In this document: positions 1 to 9,009 of the stretch, one piece after another
How positions within the stretch are numbered: position 1 is the first letter of the stretch
How the letters are laid out: each line of letters begins with the position of its first letter
Origin: Ignicoccus pacificus DSM 13166
Lineage (GTDB): Archaea > Thermoproteota > Thermoprotei_A > Sulfolobales > Ignicoccaceae
Direction: 5' to 3'
Assembly: GCA_025340205.1 (NCBI GenBank)
Contig: CP006868.1
Coordinates: 360,001-392,000 of the forward strand
DNA length: 32,000 nt
Notes under the pieces: model-generated
What the model saw: the letters and a program-made list of their open reading frames with translations, nothing else
Told to the model about the DNA's origin: nothing
Databases searched by the model: none
Translations under genes and position numbers: made by a program

Positions 1-361
1 CAACCTTGTACCTCCTCTTTACCTCTCTCACGAACTCCTCGAAGTTTCCAATGATAAGACCGTCGTCGAGCACCATCTCCGTAGGCCTTACTGAACTGTA
101 AACCCTTGAGATGATCTTTTCCGCGAGCTTTCTTTTCGTTTCGCCTAGCTTATGAGGAACGTAAGCGCCCCGCTCACAGAAGTAGAGCAGCCAGCCTATC
201 GCCCTCTGAGGGTCAAAGGAGGAGCACTTGAACCAATGGCGGGCCTTCTCCGGACAGCAAGAGCACTCCATGACCCTCTTTAGCTCGTAGTACGCCTTCT
301 CATCATCCTTTACGCAAACGGCGCACACCGCCACGAGCTTATCATCGAACGATTCGTCCAT
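1..361 (-). CDS. Hypothetical Cys-rich protein, N-terminal part, runs off left edge
   Basis: Open minus frame from ATG at 361 with in-frame TGA just upstream; reads MDESFDDKLVAVCAVCVKDDEKAYYELKRVMECSCCPEKARHWFKCSSFDPQRAIGWLLYF... to the edge. Confidence 0.6.
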   Translation of the reverse strand, partial: MDESFDDKLVAVCAVCVKDDEKAYYELKRVMECSCCPEKARHWFKCSSFDPQRAIGWLLYFCERGAYVPHKLGETKRKLAEKIISRVYSSVRPTEMVLDDGLIIGNFEEFVREVKRRYKV

Positions 362-410
362 GAAACACATCAACGCTATCTAACTTTTAAGGCATTGGAG
401 ATAGGTTTTA

Positions 411-470
411 ATGGCCGATGAGGCCACCGGATGCCCCCCCGATGAGGGGGTCGAAGGAGGGGCGAGGCAG
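411..470 (+). ncRNA. Candidate structured intergenic RNA, copy A (strand uncertain)
   Basis: GGCC-GATGA-GGCC hairpin then CCCCC...GATGA-GGGGG hairpin; TTTTAAG TATA-like box about 25-30 nt upstream on +; similar element at 21518-21580. Confidence 0.3.
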
Positions 471-1826
471 CTACTTCCCTTCAAACAGCTTGTAGACGTT
501 GAGGAATCCCCTGTACTTCCCGTTCTCAACGACTGCGATTATGGGAGCTCCTAACTCCCACCTTGAAGATATCACCTTCCATAAAGGAGTGGAGCACTCG
601 AAGGTAGGGATCCCCTCCTCCATTACTTCCTCAACGGTTGCACTGGGATTAACTATGAGATCTATTGCTGAGACCCAGCCTATGGGCTTCTCCCCTTGGA
701 CCACCGGAACCGCTGGCCTCTCCTTGCTCAACACCTTCAAAGCTTCCTCGGCCTTCTGCCAAGGCTCGACGTAAGTGGGATCCAGAGGAAGCTCTCCGAG
801 CCTTAAGGGACTTCCCATTCTCCCCCTAAAAGCCAAGGAGGGGATCAAAGCTCCCAAGACTATTGCAACCAGAGGAGCGGAGTAGAGGTCTCCCCTCAGT
901 CCGGAGGAGAGGAGCAAGGCGCTGTCGGCCCCTCCCTTGACCGCTCCGGCTAGAGCCTTCTTAGCATCTTTGAAGAAGAGGAAGGAAAGAAGAATCTTCG
1001 TGCCTATTACCATTCCTCCCAAGAGCCAAGGGTAAGGATCTAAGGAGAGGCCCCCGCTACCGACGCTCAAGAAGAAGAGGGGTTCCAAGAAGGTCTCGCT
1101 TATGGCCTTGAGTCTCCTCTTTGTCCAAGGCCTTTCGTTGAGATAATCGCTCATGAAGATACCCAAAGCTAAGGCTAGTACCACGTAACTGAATCCATAG
1201 AGCTCTGGAATGAAGGAAATCAAGATGAGGAGGGCTAGAAACGTAGCAGCGACTACTGAAGGACTGTGAGCATGATCATCGAAGCTAAGCATGGTCTTGA
1301 GGGCTTTTTCTCCTAGCTTCAAGGAAACCAACGCCACGAGCACGCCAAGGGCCACTTCAGCAGCTCCTCCCTTGAAGCCGCTAAACACAATTATTCCTAC
1401 AGCCTCTGCAAAAGCTAAGGAAATGAGTAAGTCTTCCATCCTCGCTCCCGGCTTTTCCTTAATCAGCTTGGCGAGAACTCCGACCCCTGGAAGGGAAGCT
1501 ATTATCGCCGCTTCCAGACCCCTGGGCTGGGGCACCAGAAGCCAGAACAGCGCTGTAGGGACCAAGAGTATTACCAATCCCCTGAGAGCGCTTTGGTAGC
1601 CCATCCTCGACTGGCCTACCTCCTCTACTCCCGCGAAGAAGACGAGGAGGGCCCCTCCAAGAGTTGCTAAAGGAGCTATTGGGTGGAGATCGATCTTTCC
1701 AGCTAATAGAATGCCGGCCACCAGCGGACCGACCATTCCCGGGAGCCCTAGCCACCTGGCAACGCTCTCGCTCACTCCCCCCACGAGGAGGGCAATGCCT
1801 AAGGTCAGTAGTTCAGCAACGTTCAC
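471..1826 (-). CDS. Cation:proton antiporter (CPA2/Kef-like) with C-terminal CBS-like domain pair
   Basis: 451 aa, multiple TM segments (LLTLGIALLVGGVSESVARWLGLPGMVGPLVAGILLAG...), then CBS-like sequence (RPAVPVVQGEKPIGWVSAIDLI...VEEVMEEGIPTFECSTPLWKVI). Confidence 0.8.
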   Translation of the reverse strand: MNVAELLTLGIALLVGGVSESVARWLGLPGMVGPLVAGILLAGKIDLHPIAPLATLGGALLVFFAGVEEVGQSRMGYQSALRGLVILLVPTALFWLLVPQPRGLEAAIIASLPGVGVLAKLIKEKPGARMEDLLISLAFAEAVGIIVFSGFKGGAAEVALGVLVALVSLKLGEKALKTMLSFDDHAHSPSVVAATFLALLILISFIPELYGFSYVVLALALGIFMSDYLNERPWTKRRLKAISETFLEPLFFLSVGSGGLSLDPYPWLLGGMVIGTKILLSFLFFKDAKKALAGAVKGGADSALLLSSGLRGDLYSAPLVAIVLGALIPSLAFRGRMGSPLRLGELPLDPTYVEPWQKAEEALKVLSKERPAVPVVQGEKPIGWVSAIDLIVNPSATVEEVMEEGIPTFECSTPLWKVISSRWELGAPIIAVVENGKYRGFLNVYKLFEGK

Positions 1827-2421
1827 CCTCGAAGCCTTGTTCTGCCTCTAAGCCCTCCCTTAACTCGCTTACACTTAGCAAGAAGTTCTTTATTACAGAC
1901 TGAACGAACTCCAGCTCCCTCTCATTTGAAGGCTTATGACCCATCCCCTCCACTATTACCAAGTCGCAGTTCTTCACCTTCTTACAGAACCTCACGCTCT
2001 GATCTATGGGGACCACGTCGTCCTCCGTCCCATGGATTATCAGTATCGGAGCCTCGTACTCGAAGTTTATGGGGCTGTGTTCATAGAGGACGTTTGGGTC
2101 CTTGACAGAATTCATTATGTCCTCGTAGATAACCGGTATTCTCTTCTTAAGATGCTCCATCTGGGCCCTTAAGTCAGTAGGAGGTGCCACGGCTACGGCT
2201 GGGACCCCGAACTTGGAGGAGAGGAGCAGGGCCAAGGCCCCTCCCATGCTGTGGCCTCCGTAGACGTCTGCCTTTGAGTCCTTGAAGGCTTCCCAAGCCT
2301 TCGTTAGGGGTGCAGGAACCTTGGGAACTTCAACCTCCTTATACACTTCCTTGAAAGGCTTGATCAACCAAGTTATCTTAGAAGGAGAGGAGCCGTAGCC
2401 GTGGAAGATCATAGCCTTCAA
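1813..2421 (-). CDS. Alpha/beta hydrolase / esterase-like protein
   Basis: FHGYGSSPSK, nucleophile elbow GGHSMGGALAL, IHGTEDDVVPIDQSVRF and catalytic His EGMGHKPS. Confidence 0.85.
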   Translation of the reverse strand: MKAMIFHGYGSSPSKITWLIKPFKEVYKEVEVPKVPAPLTKAWEAFKDSKADVYGGHSMGGALALLLSSKFGVPAVAVAPPTDLRAQMEHLKKRIPVIYEDIMNSVKDPNVLYEHSPINFEYEAPILIIHGTEDDVVPIDQSVRFCKKVKNCDLVIVEGMGHKPSNERELEFVQSVIKNFLLSVSELREGLEAEQGFEGERC

Positions 2422-2551
2422 CGCTCTAGACCCGAATCAAGGAGCCATGGGGTCCTTTAATGCTGGAGGTCAATCCTTTTATACCATGATATTTCCATCG
2501 CCTATTCTATAAAAGGGTCTCACGTGTAATCAGCCTCTGGAGGAACGAAGT

Positions 2552-2932
2552 ATGGCGGACCAGCTCACGTTCCAAGGAAGGCCCGTCCCCGAGGAAGGAC
2601 AGCAGCAGAACGAGCAGAAGTACGGTATAACCAAGATAACCAGGATAAGGCTCTTCGGCAGGTGGTTCCCCGCCCTCTTCTGGGAGAAGCTAATGCTTGC
2701 GATAAGGGAGATCACGGAGGACGAGAGACTCGTAAGCGTTAGGAGCTTCAGGACCCCAAGAGGAGTGGTCCTCACTGACGTCGACATCGCTGGAGAGCTA
2801 GATCCCGCGAAGATGAGGAAGCTCGAAGATGAGGTAATTAAGGCTATGGAGCTAAGCAAGGTAAACGTCAGGAGGTTCCTAAAGATAGAGATAAGGGAGA
2901 GGCCCTCCGCCCTCTTCGTAAGTCAAGACTGA
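2552..2932 (+). CDS. Conserved-looking hypothetical protein, 126 aa
   Basis: Good coding-like composition, colinear with the next gene; no recognised family. Confidence 0.6.
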   Translation: MADQLTFQGRPVPEEGQQQNEQKYGITKITRIRLFGRWFPALFWEKLMLAIREITEDERLVSVRSFRTPRGVVLTDVDIAGELDPAKMRKLEDEVIKAMELSKVNVRRFLKIEIRERPSALFVSQD

Positions 2933-2942
2933 TTTTTGAAAG

Positions 2943-3674
2943 ATGTTCGATCCCATATCCTTGGGAGAGAAGGTAGCGGAGAGGGTCTGCTCCGGTATAA
3001 AGAGAAAGTATTACCGCTTCAGAGGAGGGAGGTTTTACGGAGGCTGTTCTACAGCTGACGTGGTCGGATGCAACCTTAGGTGCGTCTTCTGCTGGAGTGC
3101 TGGAAGCAGGAAGCTGGACATAGGGGATTTCTACTCTCCTAAGGATGTAGCAAACAGACTCGTGAGGATAGCTGAGAGAGCGGGCTACTCCTATGCCAGA
3201 ATAAGCGGCGGAGAGCCTACGCTGTGCAAGAATCACTTGCTTGAGGTGATCAAGAGGGTGACGCAAAGAAATATTATCTTCATCCTGGAGACTAATGGAA
3301 TACTGATTGGGTACGATGAGGAATTGGCGAGAGATATAGCAGAGATGGATAAAGTTTACGTGAGGGTTTCGATAAAGGGTCCAAACGAAAAGTGGTTTTC
3401 AAGACTCACCGGAGCGGAACCGAGGTTCTTCGAGTATCAGCTTAAGGCCTTAGAGAATCTGATAGCGTTCGGGAAAGATCCCTCTTGGCTCAGGGCGGCC
3501 GTGGTCATGGGATACGGGAGCGAGGAGGAGTACGCTGAGCTCCTCGAGAGGTTAGCCTCAATACATCCGTCCTTAGCTAACATAGAGCCGGAGGTGTTAA
3601 CGCTCTATCCTAAGATTAAGAGGAGGTTGGAAAGAGCTGATCTCCTTCCGAAGGTTTACTACGAGGCGCCCTGA
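2943..3674 (+). CDS. Radical SAM protein (pyruvate formate-lyase-activating-enzyme-like)
   Basis: CNLRCVFCW (CxxxCxxC) cluster motif, SGGEPT motif, ETNG motif. Confidence 0.85.
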   Translation: MFDPISLGEKVAERVCSGIKRKYYRFRGGRFYGGCSTADVVGCNLRCVFCWSAGSRKLDIGDFYSPKDVANRLVRIAERAGYSYARISGGEPTLCKNHLLEVIKRVTQRNIIFILETNGILIGYDEELARDIAEMDKVYVRVSIKGPNEKWFSRLTGAEPRFFEYQLKALENLIAFGKDPSWLRAAVVMGYGSEEEYAELLERLASIHPSLANIEPEVLTLYPKIKRRLERADLLPKVYYEAP

Positions 3675-4200
3675 GGGTCGCTTTGCTGGTCTCGTAGTAC
3701 GTCACGCTTCCGTTCCTGTCAACTATCGCTACTATGGAATTTAGGTCATTAGCTCTAACGTCCTCCACCCATGATAGGAGCTCATCTATGGTTATCTCGA
3801 CGCCTTCCTCGAGCACTAAGTACTCGGCCCACCACTTGTTCCTCCTTATTTCCAAGAGCGTGCCCTCCCTTCTGACCTCCGGAATGACCTTTCTCTTCCT
3901 CTTTCTCAGATCATAGTACACCGTGAACATCGACCAGAAGAGCTTGGAAAGCACGCAGCCGACTCCCTCCCTCTCGCACCTTTCCTCCAAGGTCTTGAGG
4001 ACTAGACCTAAGTACTCGTTGAAGTCAAGCTCCCTTCCGTCCTCGGTAATAGCTTTCCCCTCCCCCATGAAGAGGATGTAGGCCACTTCCAGAGGGTGTA
4101 AGACCATCTCTTCTCCGGTACCCCTTACCGCTATCAGCGAGGAGAGTCCCTCCCTCTTGGCCTTTCCCTCCATCGTCGGCAGGAGCCTTATCTCGATCAC
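3616..4200 (-). CDS. Hypothetical protein, 194 aa
   Basis: Long minus ORF with 3' end overlapping the radical SAM gene tail to tail; acidic/basic coding-like composition. Confidence 0.5.
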   Translation of the reverse strand: MIEIRLLPTMEGKAKREGLSSLIAVRGTGEEMVLHPLEVAYILFMGEGKAITEDGRELDFNEYLGLVLKTLEERCEREGVGCVLSKLFWSMFTVYYDLRKRKRKVIPEVRREGTLLEIRRNKWWAEYLVLEEGVEITIDELLSWVEDVRANDLNSIVAIVDRNGSVTYYETSKATLRAPRSKPSEGDQLFPTSS

Positions 4201-4411
4201 TTTCCTACCCTCTCCTCCAGCCTCACGGAGGAATAAAGGGTATAACTAGAGGAGGAGTAGGAGAGAGGTGGGGAACGTCCTTGAGCGACGAGAGGAAGGG
4301 AGAGGAGAGGGAGGAGATCACATTTGAAATGGTAAAGGTGAGGAAAAAGAGCGCTCCTTCTGAAAAGGACTTCACTATGGCGGAGCCCAAAGACGAGTAA
4401 GAGGGAGCAGA

Positions 4412-5527
4412 GTGGGATCAAGGCTCATCCTTTTGAGAAGGAAGAGGAAACTCACGTTCGATTTTCATTCCTTTGAGAAGGCGTACGAGCATCTCCAAGG
4501 ATGTTTGAGGTCATTTATCAAGGGTGAGGGGAGGAGGGATGGCGATTGTGTACATCCGCCCATGAAGTTTTGTAGGTGCGGCAAGAACCTCCTGACCAAT
4601 GAGCTGAGCGTTGCCTACTTTGCTGTAATACTCGAGGTTACAGATCCTAAGGACCTTAAAAAGCTCGATGAGCTCATGAAACCCTTGGAGCCTTTATACA
4701 AAGAAGAGGAGTTAAGAGTATACAACGTGCTCAAGGTAAAGCTAGATGACGAGTACCTCCTCCCTTCTGTCTTCATCGCTGTTAGTAGGGACTTCATTAA
4801 CTGGAGCGACGACTTCGAGAGAGTGCTTAAGAAGCTCGGGATGAGTTATAGAAGACTCAGCGTTGTGATGAAAAATAAGAACTTCGGGATAGTGAAGATG
4901 AACGCCACCTACCACTACCTCTCTTTGTATAAGGAGATAGTAACGTTCTTGGGTAAGGAAATAAACGAAATATTGAGTTCATGCATGTGCCTCAAAGACG
5001 ATAACGTTGTTTTCGACGTCTACTGTCTCATAAACGAACGGATAAGGCTCGGGGAGTACGAGGAGGTCCCCATACACCTCCTTCCGCTGTATCTAAACGA
5101 AATGATTTCGGATCTAATGAAGCTCAACGTGTCTTCAATCTTGAAGCTCCCTAGGCTAACGACCAAGATGCAGAATGTGTACAAAGGAATGAGCTTGCTG
5201 AGGCAGATGATCGACTTCAGAACCGACCTTCTGGCAATACTTCAAGATGTGGAGGAGGACTTGGAATACGTCGAACAAAGCATGGGAAAGCTAGACGAGG
5301 TTAGCAGAAGGGCGGTGGAGGCGCTTCTCGACGACGTTAAAGAGAGATATAAGCTGATGAAATGGATATACACCTACACGGGCGGCGTTATCGACAAGAT
5401 GGACAATCTCATAGAAAGAATAATGAACTTACAATTATTCAATATAAACATTTACTTCTTCGTGTTAACTATATTGTCTATATTAATAATGGTAACTCAG
5501 TTGCTAATGGCCTTCGTCGTCCACTAG
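4412..5527 (+). CDS. Coiled-coil membrane protein with C-terminal TM segment(s) (CorA-like topology, no GMN motif seen)
   Basis: Soluble N-terminal region, helical QDVEEDLEYVEQSMGKLDEVSRRAVEALLDDVKERYKLM, then INIYFFVLTILSILIMVTQLLMAFVV. Confidence 0.6.
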   Translation: MGSRLILLRRKRKLTFDFHSFEKAYEHLQGCLRSFIKGEGRRDGDCVHPPMKFCRCGKNLLTNELSVAYFAVILEVTDPKDLKKLDELMKPLEPLYKEEELRVYNVLKVKLDDEYLLPSVFIAVSRDFINWSDDFERVLKKLGMSYRRLSVVMKNKNFGIVKMNATYHYLSLYKEIVTFLGKEINEILSSCMCLKDDNVVFDVYCLINERIRLGEYEEVPIHLLPLYLNEMISDLMKLNVSSILKLPRLTTKMQNVYKGMSLLRQMIDFRTDLLAILQDVEEDLEYVEQSMGKLDEVSRRAVEALLDDVKERYKLMKWIYTYTGGVIDKMDNLIERIMNLQLFNINIYFFVLTILSILIMVTQLLMAFVVH

Positions 5528-6924
5528 GCGAACCTCCACTCCGTTTCCTTGCCCTTGTCCAGCAGCCTAACTCCCAACTCTGCTAGCCTGGACCTTATCA
5601 TGTCAGCTAGGTCCCATAACTTTCTGTTCCTCAGCTCCTTCCTTACTTCAACCAGGAGCTCCACGAACGGCTCCACGTCGGCCTTGCTCTCCTCCACGAA
5701 GACCTCGAATACCCTATCCGCTTCTTCGATCGCTCCGAGGACCGCTAGGGACGCCTCATAGCTCTCCTTCTCCAAGGCCTCGTTCCCTAGCTTCATCATC
5801 TCGCTGACGCTTGCCAAAGCCTTAGGAGTGTTGAAGTCGTAGCTCATAGCTTCATGGAAGGAATTCCTTAGATCTATAGCCTTGTTTATGGCCTCTATCT
5901 CCCACTCGCTGAGCCTCCCCTTAGGACTTCCTTTCTCCACCAACCTTCTAAGGGCGGATACGGTCATCCTCATCCTCTCCAATGATGTCTTGGTCCTTTC
6001 TAAGGCCTCCCAGTCGAAGTTAAGCTCAGTTCTGTAGTGGGCGCTCAATAGCCAAAGCCTTACCACCTTTGGGTCGTACTTTGCCAAGACGTCTTTTAAG
6101 GCAATTATGTTTCCCAAGCTCTTACTCATCTTCTCTCCCTTGATGGTAAGGTAGCCAGTGTGGAGCCAGTACCTGACCCAAGGATGAACTCCGAACCTGG
6201 CCTCGCTCTGAGCGATTTCATTCTCATGATGGGGGAAGATGAGGTCCCTAGCTCCCCCGTGGATGTCGAACTGTTTGCCCAAGTACTTTGAGCTCATTGT
6301 GGAGCACTCTATGTGCCAGCCCGGCCTTCCCTTACACCAAGGGCTTTCCCACCAGGGCTCACCCGGCTTAGCGCACTTCCACAGAGCGAAGTCGTAGGGG
6401 TTCTTCTTGTCCTTTACGAAGGTCTCTTGATTCCACATCTTCTTGTCCTTAATTCCGGAGAGCTGCCCGTAGTAGGGGTACTTGTCGACGTCGAAGTAAA
6501 CGCCGGAGGGAGCAACGTAAGCGTAGCCCTTCTTTATTAGATCATCGATGAATTCAATTATTTCCGGAATGTGCTCGGTGACCCTAGGGTTTATGTTAGC
6601 CCTTATGCCGAGCTTGCCCATGAGCTCGAAGTATTCCTTTGAATAGGTCTCGACTATCTCTCTCCAGTCAACCCCAAGCTCGTTTGCCTTGTTTATGATC
6701 TTATCATCGATGTCAGTTATGTTTTGAACGTGAAGGACTTGGTATCCCCTGAGCATGAGGTACTTCTTTATTCCGTCGAAGGCGACGTAAGTCCTAGCAT
6801 GACCTATGTGAGAGTGGTCATAAACCGTGGGTCCACAGACGTACATCTTAACTAAGCCGGGAGTTAGGGTTTCCAGCTTCTCATACTTCCTTGTTAGAGT
6901 ATTGTAGACCACTATGTCCTTCAA
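5524..6924 (-). CDS. cysS: Cysteinyl-tRNA synthetase
   Basis: MYVCGPTVYDHSHIGHARTYVAFD, WHIECSTMS, KMSKSLGN; full length 466 aa. Confidence 0.97.
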   Translation of the reverse strand: MKDIVVYNTLTRKYEKLETLTPGLVKMYVCGPTVYDHSHIGHARTYVAFDGIKKYLMLRGYQVLHVQNITDIDDKIINKANELGVDWREIVETYSKEYFELMGKLGIRANINPRVTEHIPEIIEFIDDLIKKGYAYVAPSGVYFDVDKYPYYGQLSGIKDKKMWNQETFVKDKKNPYDFALWKCAKPGEPWWESPWCKGRPGWHIECSTMSSKYLGKQFDIHGGARDLIFPHHENEIAQSEARFGVHPWVRYWLHTGYLTIKGEKMSKSLGNIIALKDVLAKYDPKVVRLWLLSAHYRTELNFDWEALERTKTSLERMRMTVSALRRLVEKGSPKGRLSEWEIEAINKAIDLRNSFHEAMSYDFNTPKALASVSEMMKLGNEALEKESYEASLAVLGAIEEADRVFEVFVEESKADVEPFVELLVEVRKELRNRKLWDLADMIRSRLAELGVRLLDKGKETEWRFA

Positions 6925-7123
6925 GGGCTCGTTCCCAGGAAGGGATCATGAGATGGAATATAACTGGTCCTCTCTAACCGGAAAGTTTCCTTTAATTATT
7001 CTATTTCCTTCCAAGTCAATCACTTCCATAAATCCCCATCACTACTCTCGTTCCTTATTATTTACACTTCTCCATGAGCACACTTCAGAACATTTATGGT
7101 CTCCTTTCTTTCCTTCACCTTGA

Positions 7124-7390
7124 GCTCTATTCGATTAGGTAACCTTAAATTTCAATTAGCTTAATGATCAAGCAATTCTTTCCATTGTCACATACATGGA
7201 AACGCCGATGATAATGAACTCATTCGTTTGACTATTAGTTTCAGTTAGGTAATTCTAATTGATGGAAGTAGAGCAAAACTGTTCTCATGAAAGCTTAAGT
7301 ATTCAGAGTTAATGAAGCAAGTAAATCAAGGCAATGGGAAAGGAATGACTTATTAGTGAAAGGAAGGGCTAGTTAAATAGGAGGGGCTGG
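7124..7390 (+). promoter_or_regulatory. Probable CRISPR leader region
   Basis: AT-rich, non-coding, immediately upstream of the first (consensus) repeat; degenerate repeats lie at the opposite end. Confidence 0.5.
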
Positions 7391-8168
7391 GAAGAGTTAC
7401 AATAGTGAATAGAAAGTGGTGTAGTTAATCGCTATTCCTGCCTGTATTCCAAATCCATTTAGAAGAGTTACAATAGTGAATAGAAAGCCGCTTATCTCTA
7501 ACAACATACTCCCACCACCTCTCTATACCGAAGAGTTACAATAGTGAATAGAAAGTTAAAAGTGAGCCAAGCGTAAGCTCTGTGCCCTTTCCATCTCGAA
7601 GAGTTACAATAGTGAATAGAAAGTGGATGACCTTCGATATATCGGACATACTTAGCATTTACGTTAGAGGAGTTACAAGAGTGAATAGAAAGAATTATCG
7701 AGAGTCTCGCCTATAGTCTCATCAACAATAGTTTGAGGAGTTACAAGAGTGAATAGAAAGCTACCTCCAGCGCCCGCTATACGCGGGCGCTGGGAGTGAG
7801 TAGGAGAAGTTACAAGAGTGAATAGAAAGAGCTGGCCATGAAGCTGGGCACTCCATAGTTGGATATGTCGGAAGAGTTACAAGAGTGAATAGAAAGTTTG
7901 CTCTTACTGGTCCGCTCCTTTGCTAACCTCTTTCCTAATAGGGAGAGTTACAAGAGTGAATAGAAAGTGCAACGACGTTCTTAGGCTCAATGCCAGACGC
8001 CAGATCTCCGGAGGAGTTACAATAGTGAATAGAGAGGGTAATGTTCTAGTCCTCAGCAGTTGCCCTCTCCTTCAGCAGAAGAGTTATAATAGTGAATAGA
8101 AAGTTAGAGATGGCTAGGACGAAGAAGGGGGAGATAAAGGTAGAGGGATTACGAGAATGAATAGAAAT
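7391..8168 (+). CRISPR. CRISPR array, 12 repeats / 11 spacers (39-45 nt)
   Basis: 26-nt unit GAAGAGTTACAATAGTGAATAGAAAG at 7391, 7462, 7530, 7598; variants at 7667, 7735, 7804, 7871, 7942, 8011, 8078; degenerate last copy at 8143. Terminal GAATAGAAAG resembles crenarchaeal repeat ends (...GAAAG). Confidence 0.97.
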
Positions 8169-8177
8169 GAATCTTGC

Positions 8178-8627
8178 CTAAGGATCCAACTCTTCTAATT
8201 TATTGAGTAACTTAGAAGCGATCAATGGGGCGTCTTTCAGTAGGTCTTTCGCGTGATCAAAGAGTAACTCATAGCCGATATCAGCGTACGTATGTACCAG
8301 CATGTTCCTAAGGCCAGCTATAGCAGCTAGCTTCTTACCCTCGACCTTGCTCAATATTCCTGCCTCACTTAATATCTTTCCTATTTCAGCATAGGTGTTA
8401 GGTGAAGGTAACCTTACTAATGTTATAACTTGTTCACCTAGGTTAAGCAAGGCTTGAATTGCTACCTCAACTTCTCTTTCGAGTATGGCTTCAAGATCGT
8501 TTTCGAATATTTCGCTTAGTCTTATTTTACTTAGTTTCTCCAGCCTAGCCAATGCTTTCCTTAATCTTTTCGTTCTTTCCAGAGCTCCCGGAGATGGTAA
8601 AGGTAAGAGCGAGCCATCCTCTCCCAA
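8178..8627 (-). CDS. HepT-like HEPN-domain protein (DUF86-type)
   Basis: VEVAIQALLNLGEQVIT...AAIAGLRNMLVHTYADI: Rx4H motif RNMLVH followed by Tyr. True start probably near ALERTKRLRKAL. Confidence 0.85.
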   Translation of the reverse strand: MGEDGSLLPLPSPGALERTKRLRKALARLEKLSKIRLSEIFENDLEAILEREVEVAIQALLNLGEQVITLVRLPSPNTYAEIGKILSEAGILSKVEGKKLAAIAGLRNMLVHTYADIGYELLFDHAKDLLKDAPLIASKLLNKLEELDP

Positions 8628-8884
8628 GCAAGCTTAAAATCTAACCATTCGTTGATGCTCATAACATAATCCTCTACGAACTCGTTAATTTCCTTGACGT
8701 ATATTCTAATTCCCTTCATTGCCTCATATCTTAAGCTCGGCGGAGATCTATCATAGATTGAGATGTCAACCTTTTTCTTGAGCAAATTTTCAAGCTCAGC
8801 TATGAGCGTTCCGATTTCGTATACCCTTAGCCTTCTACCAAATTTAATCAGATCCACATCGCTTAAGGCGCGCAGGCCTTCCAA
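8561..8884 (-). CDS. Minimal nucleotidyltransferase (MntA-like) with truncated/atypical N-terminus
   Basis: ALSDVDLIKFG retains the DxD element; LLKKKVDISIYDRSPPSLRYEAMKGIRIY is MntA-like; the upstream GSxxxG motif is not discernible; overlaps the HepT ORF. Confidence 0.6.
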   Translation of the reverse strand: MEGLRALSDVDLIKFGRRLRVYEIGTLIAELENLLKKKVDISIYDRSPPSLRYEAMKGIRIYVKEINEFVEDYVMSINEWLDFKLAWERMARSYLYHLRELWKERKD

Positions 8885-9009
8885 GCCTATCAGCGTTTTT
8901 CTTGAAATACTCGCTTAGCATCTCGACCATTTCTCTAAGTTTGTTCAAAGTAGAGTACCATGAGGATTTTCAAAGAAGATCCTTTTAATGCGAAAAGCAT
9001 TATTGAAGA

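Noticed and set aside
4197-4421. 74-aa minus ORF
   Set aside because: Low-complexity translation of a purine-rich intergenic tract; no start context or family.
6914-7123. 69-aa plus ORF upstream of the CRISPR leader
   Set aside because: Low-quality composition and overlaps the cysS start; probably non-coding.
7391-8168. Possible self-targeting spacers matching this window
   Set aside because: No spacer-like stretch was seen elsewhere in the window by eye. Only a genome-wide BLAST could settle it, so no claim is made.
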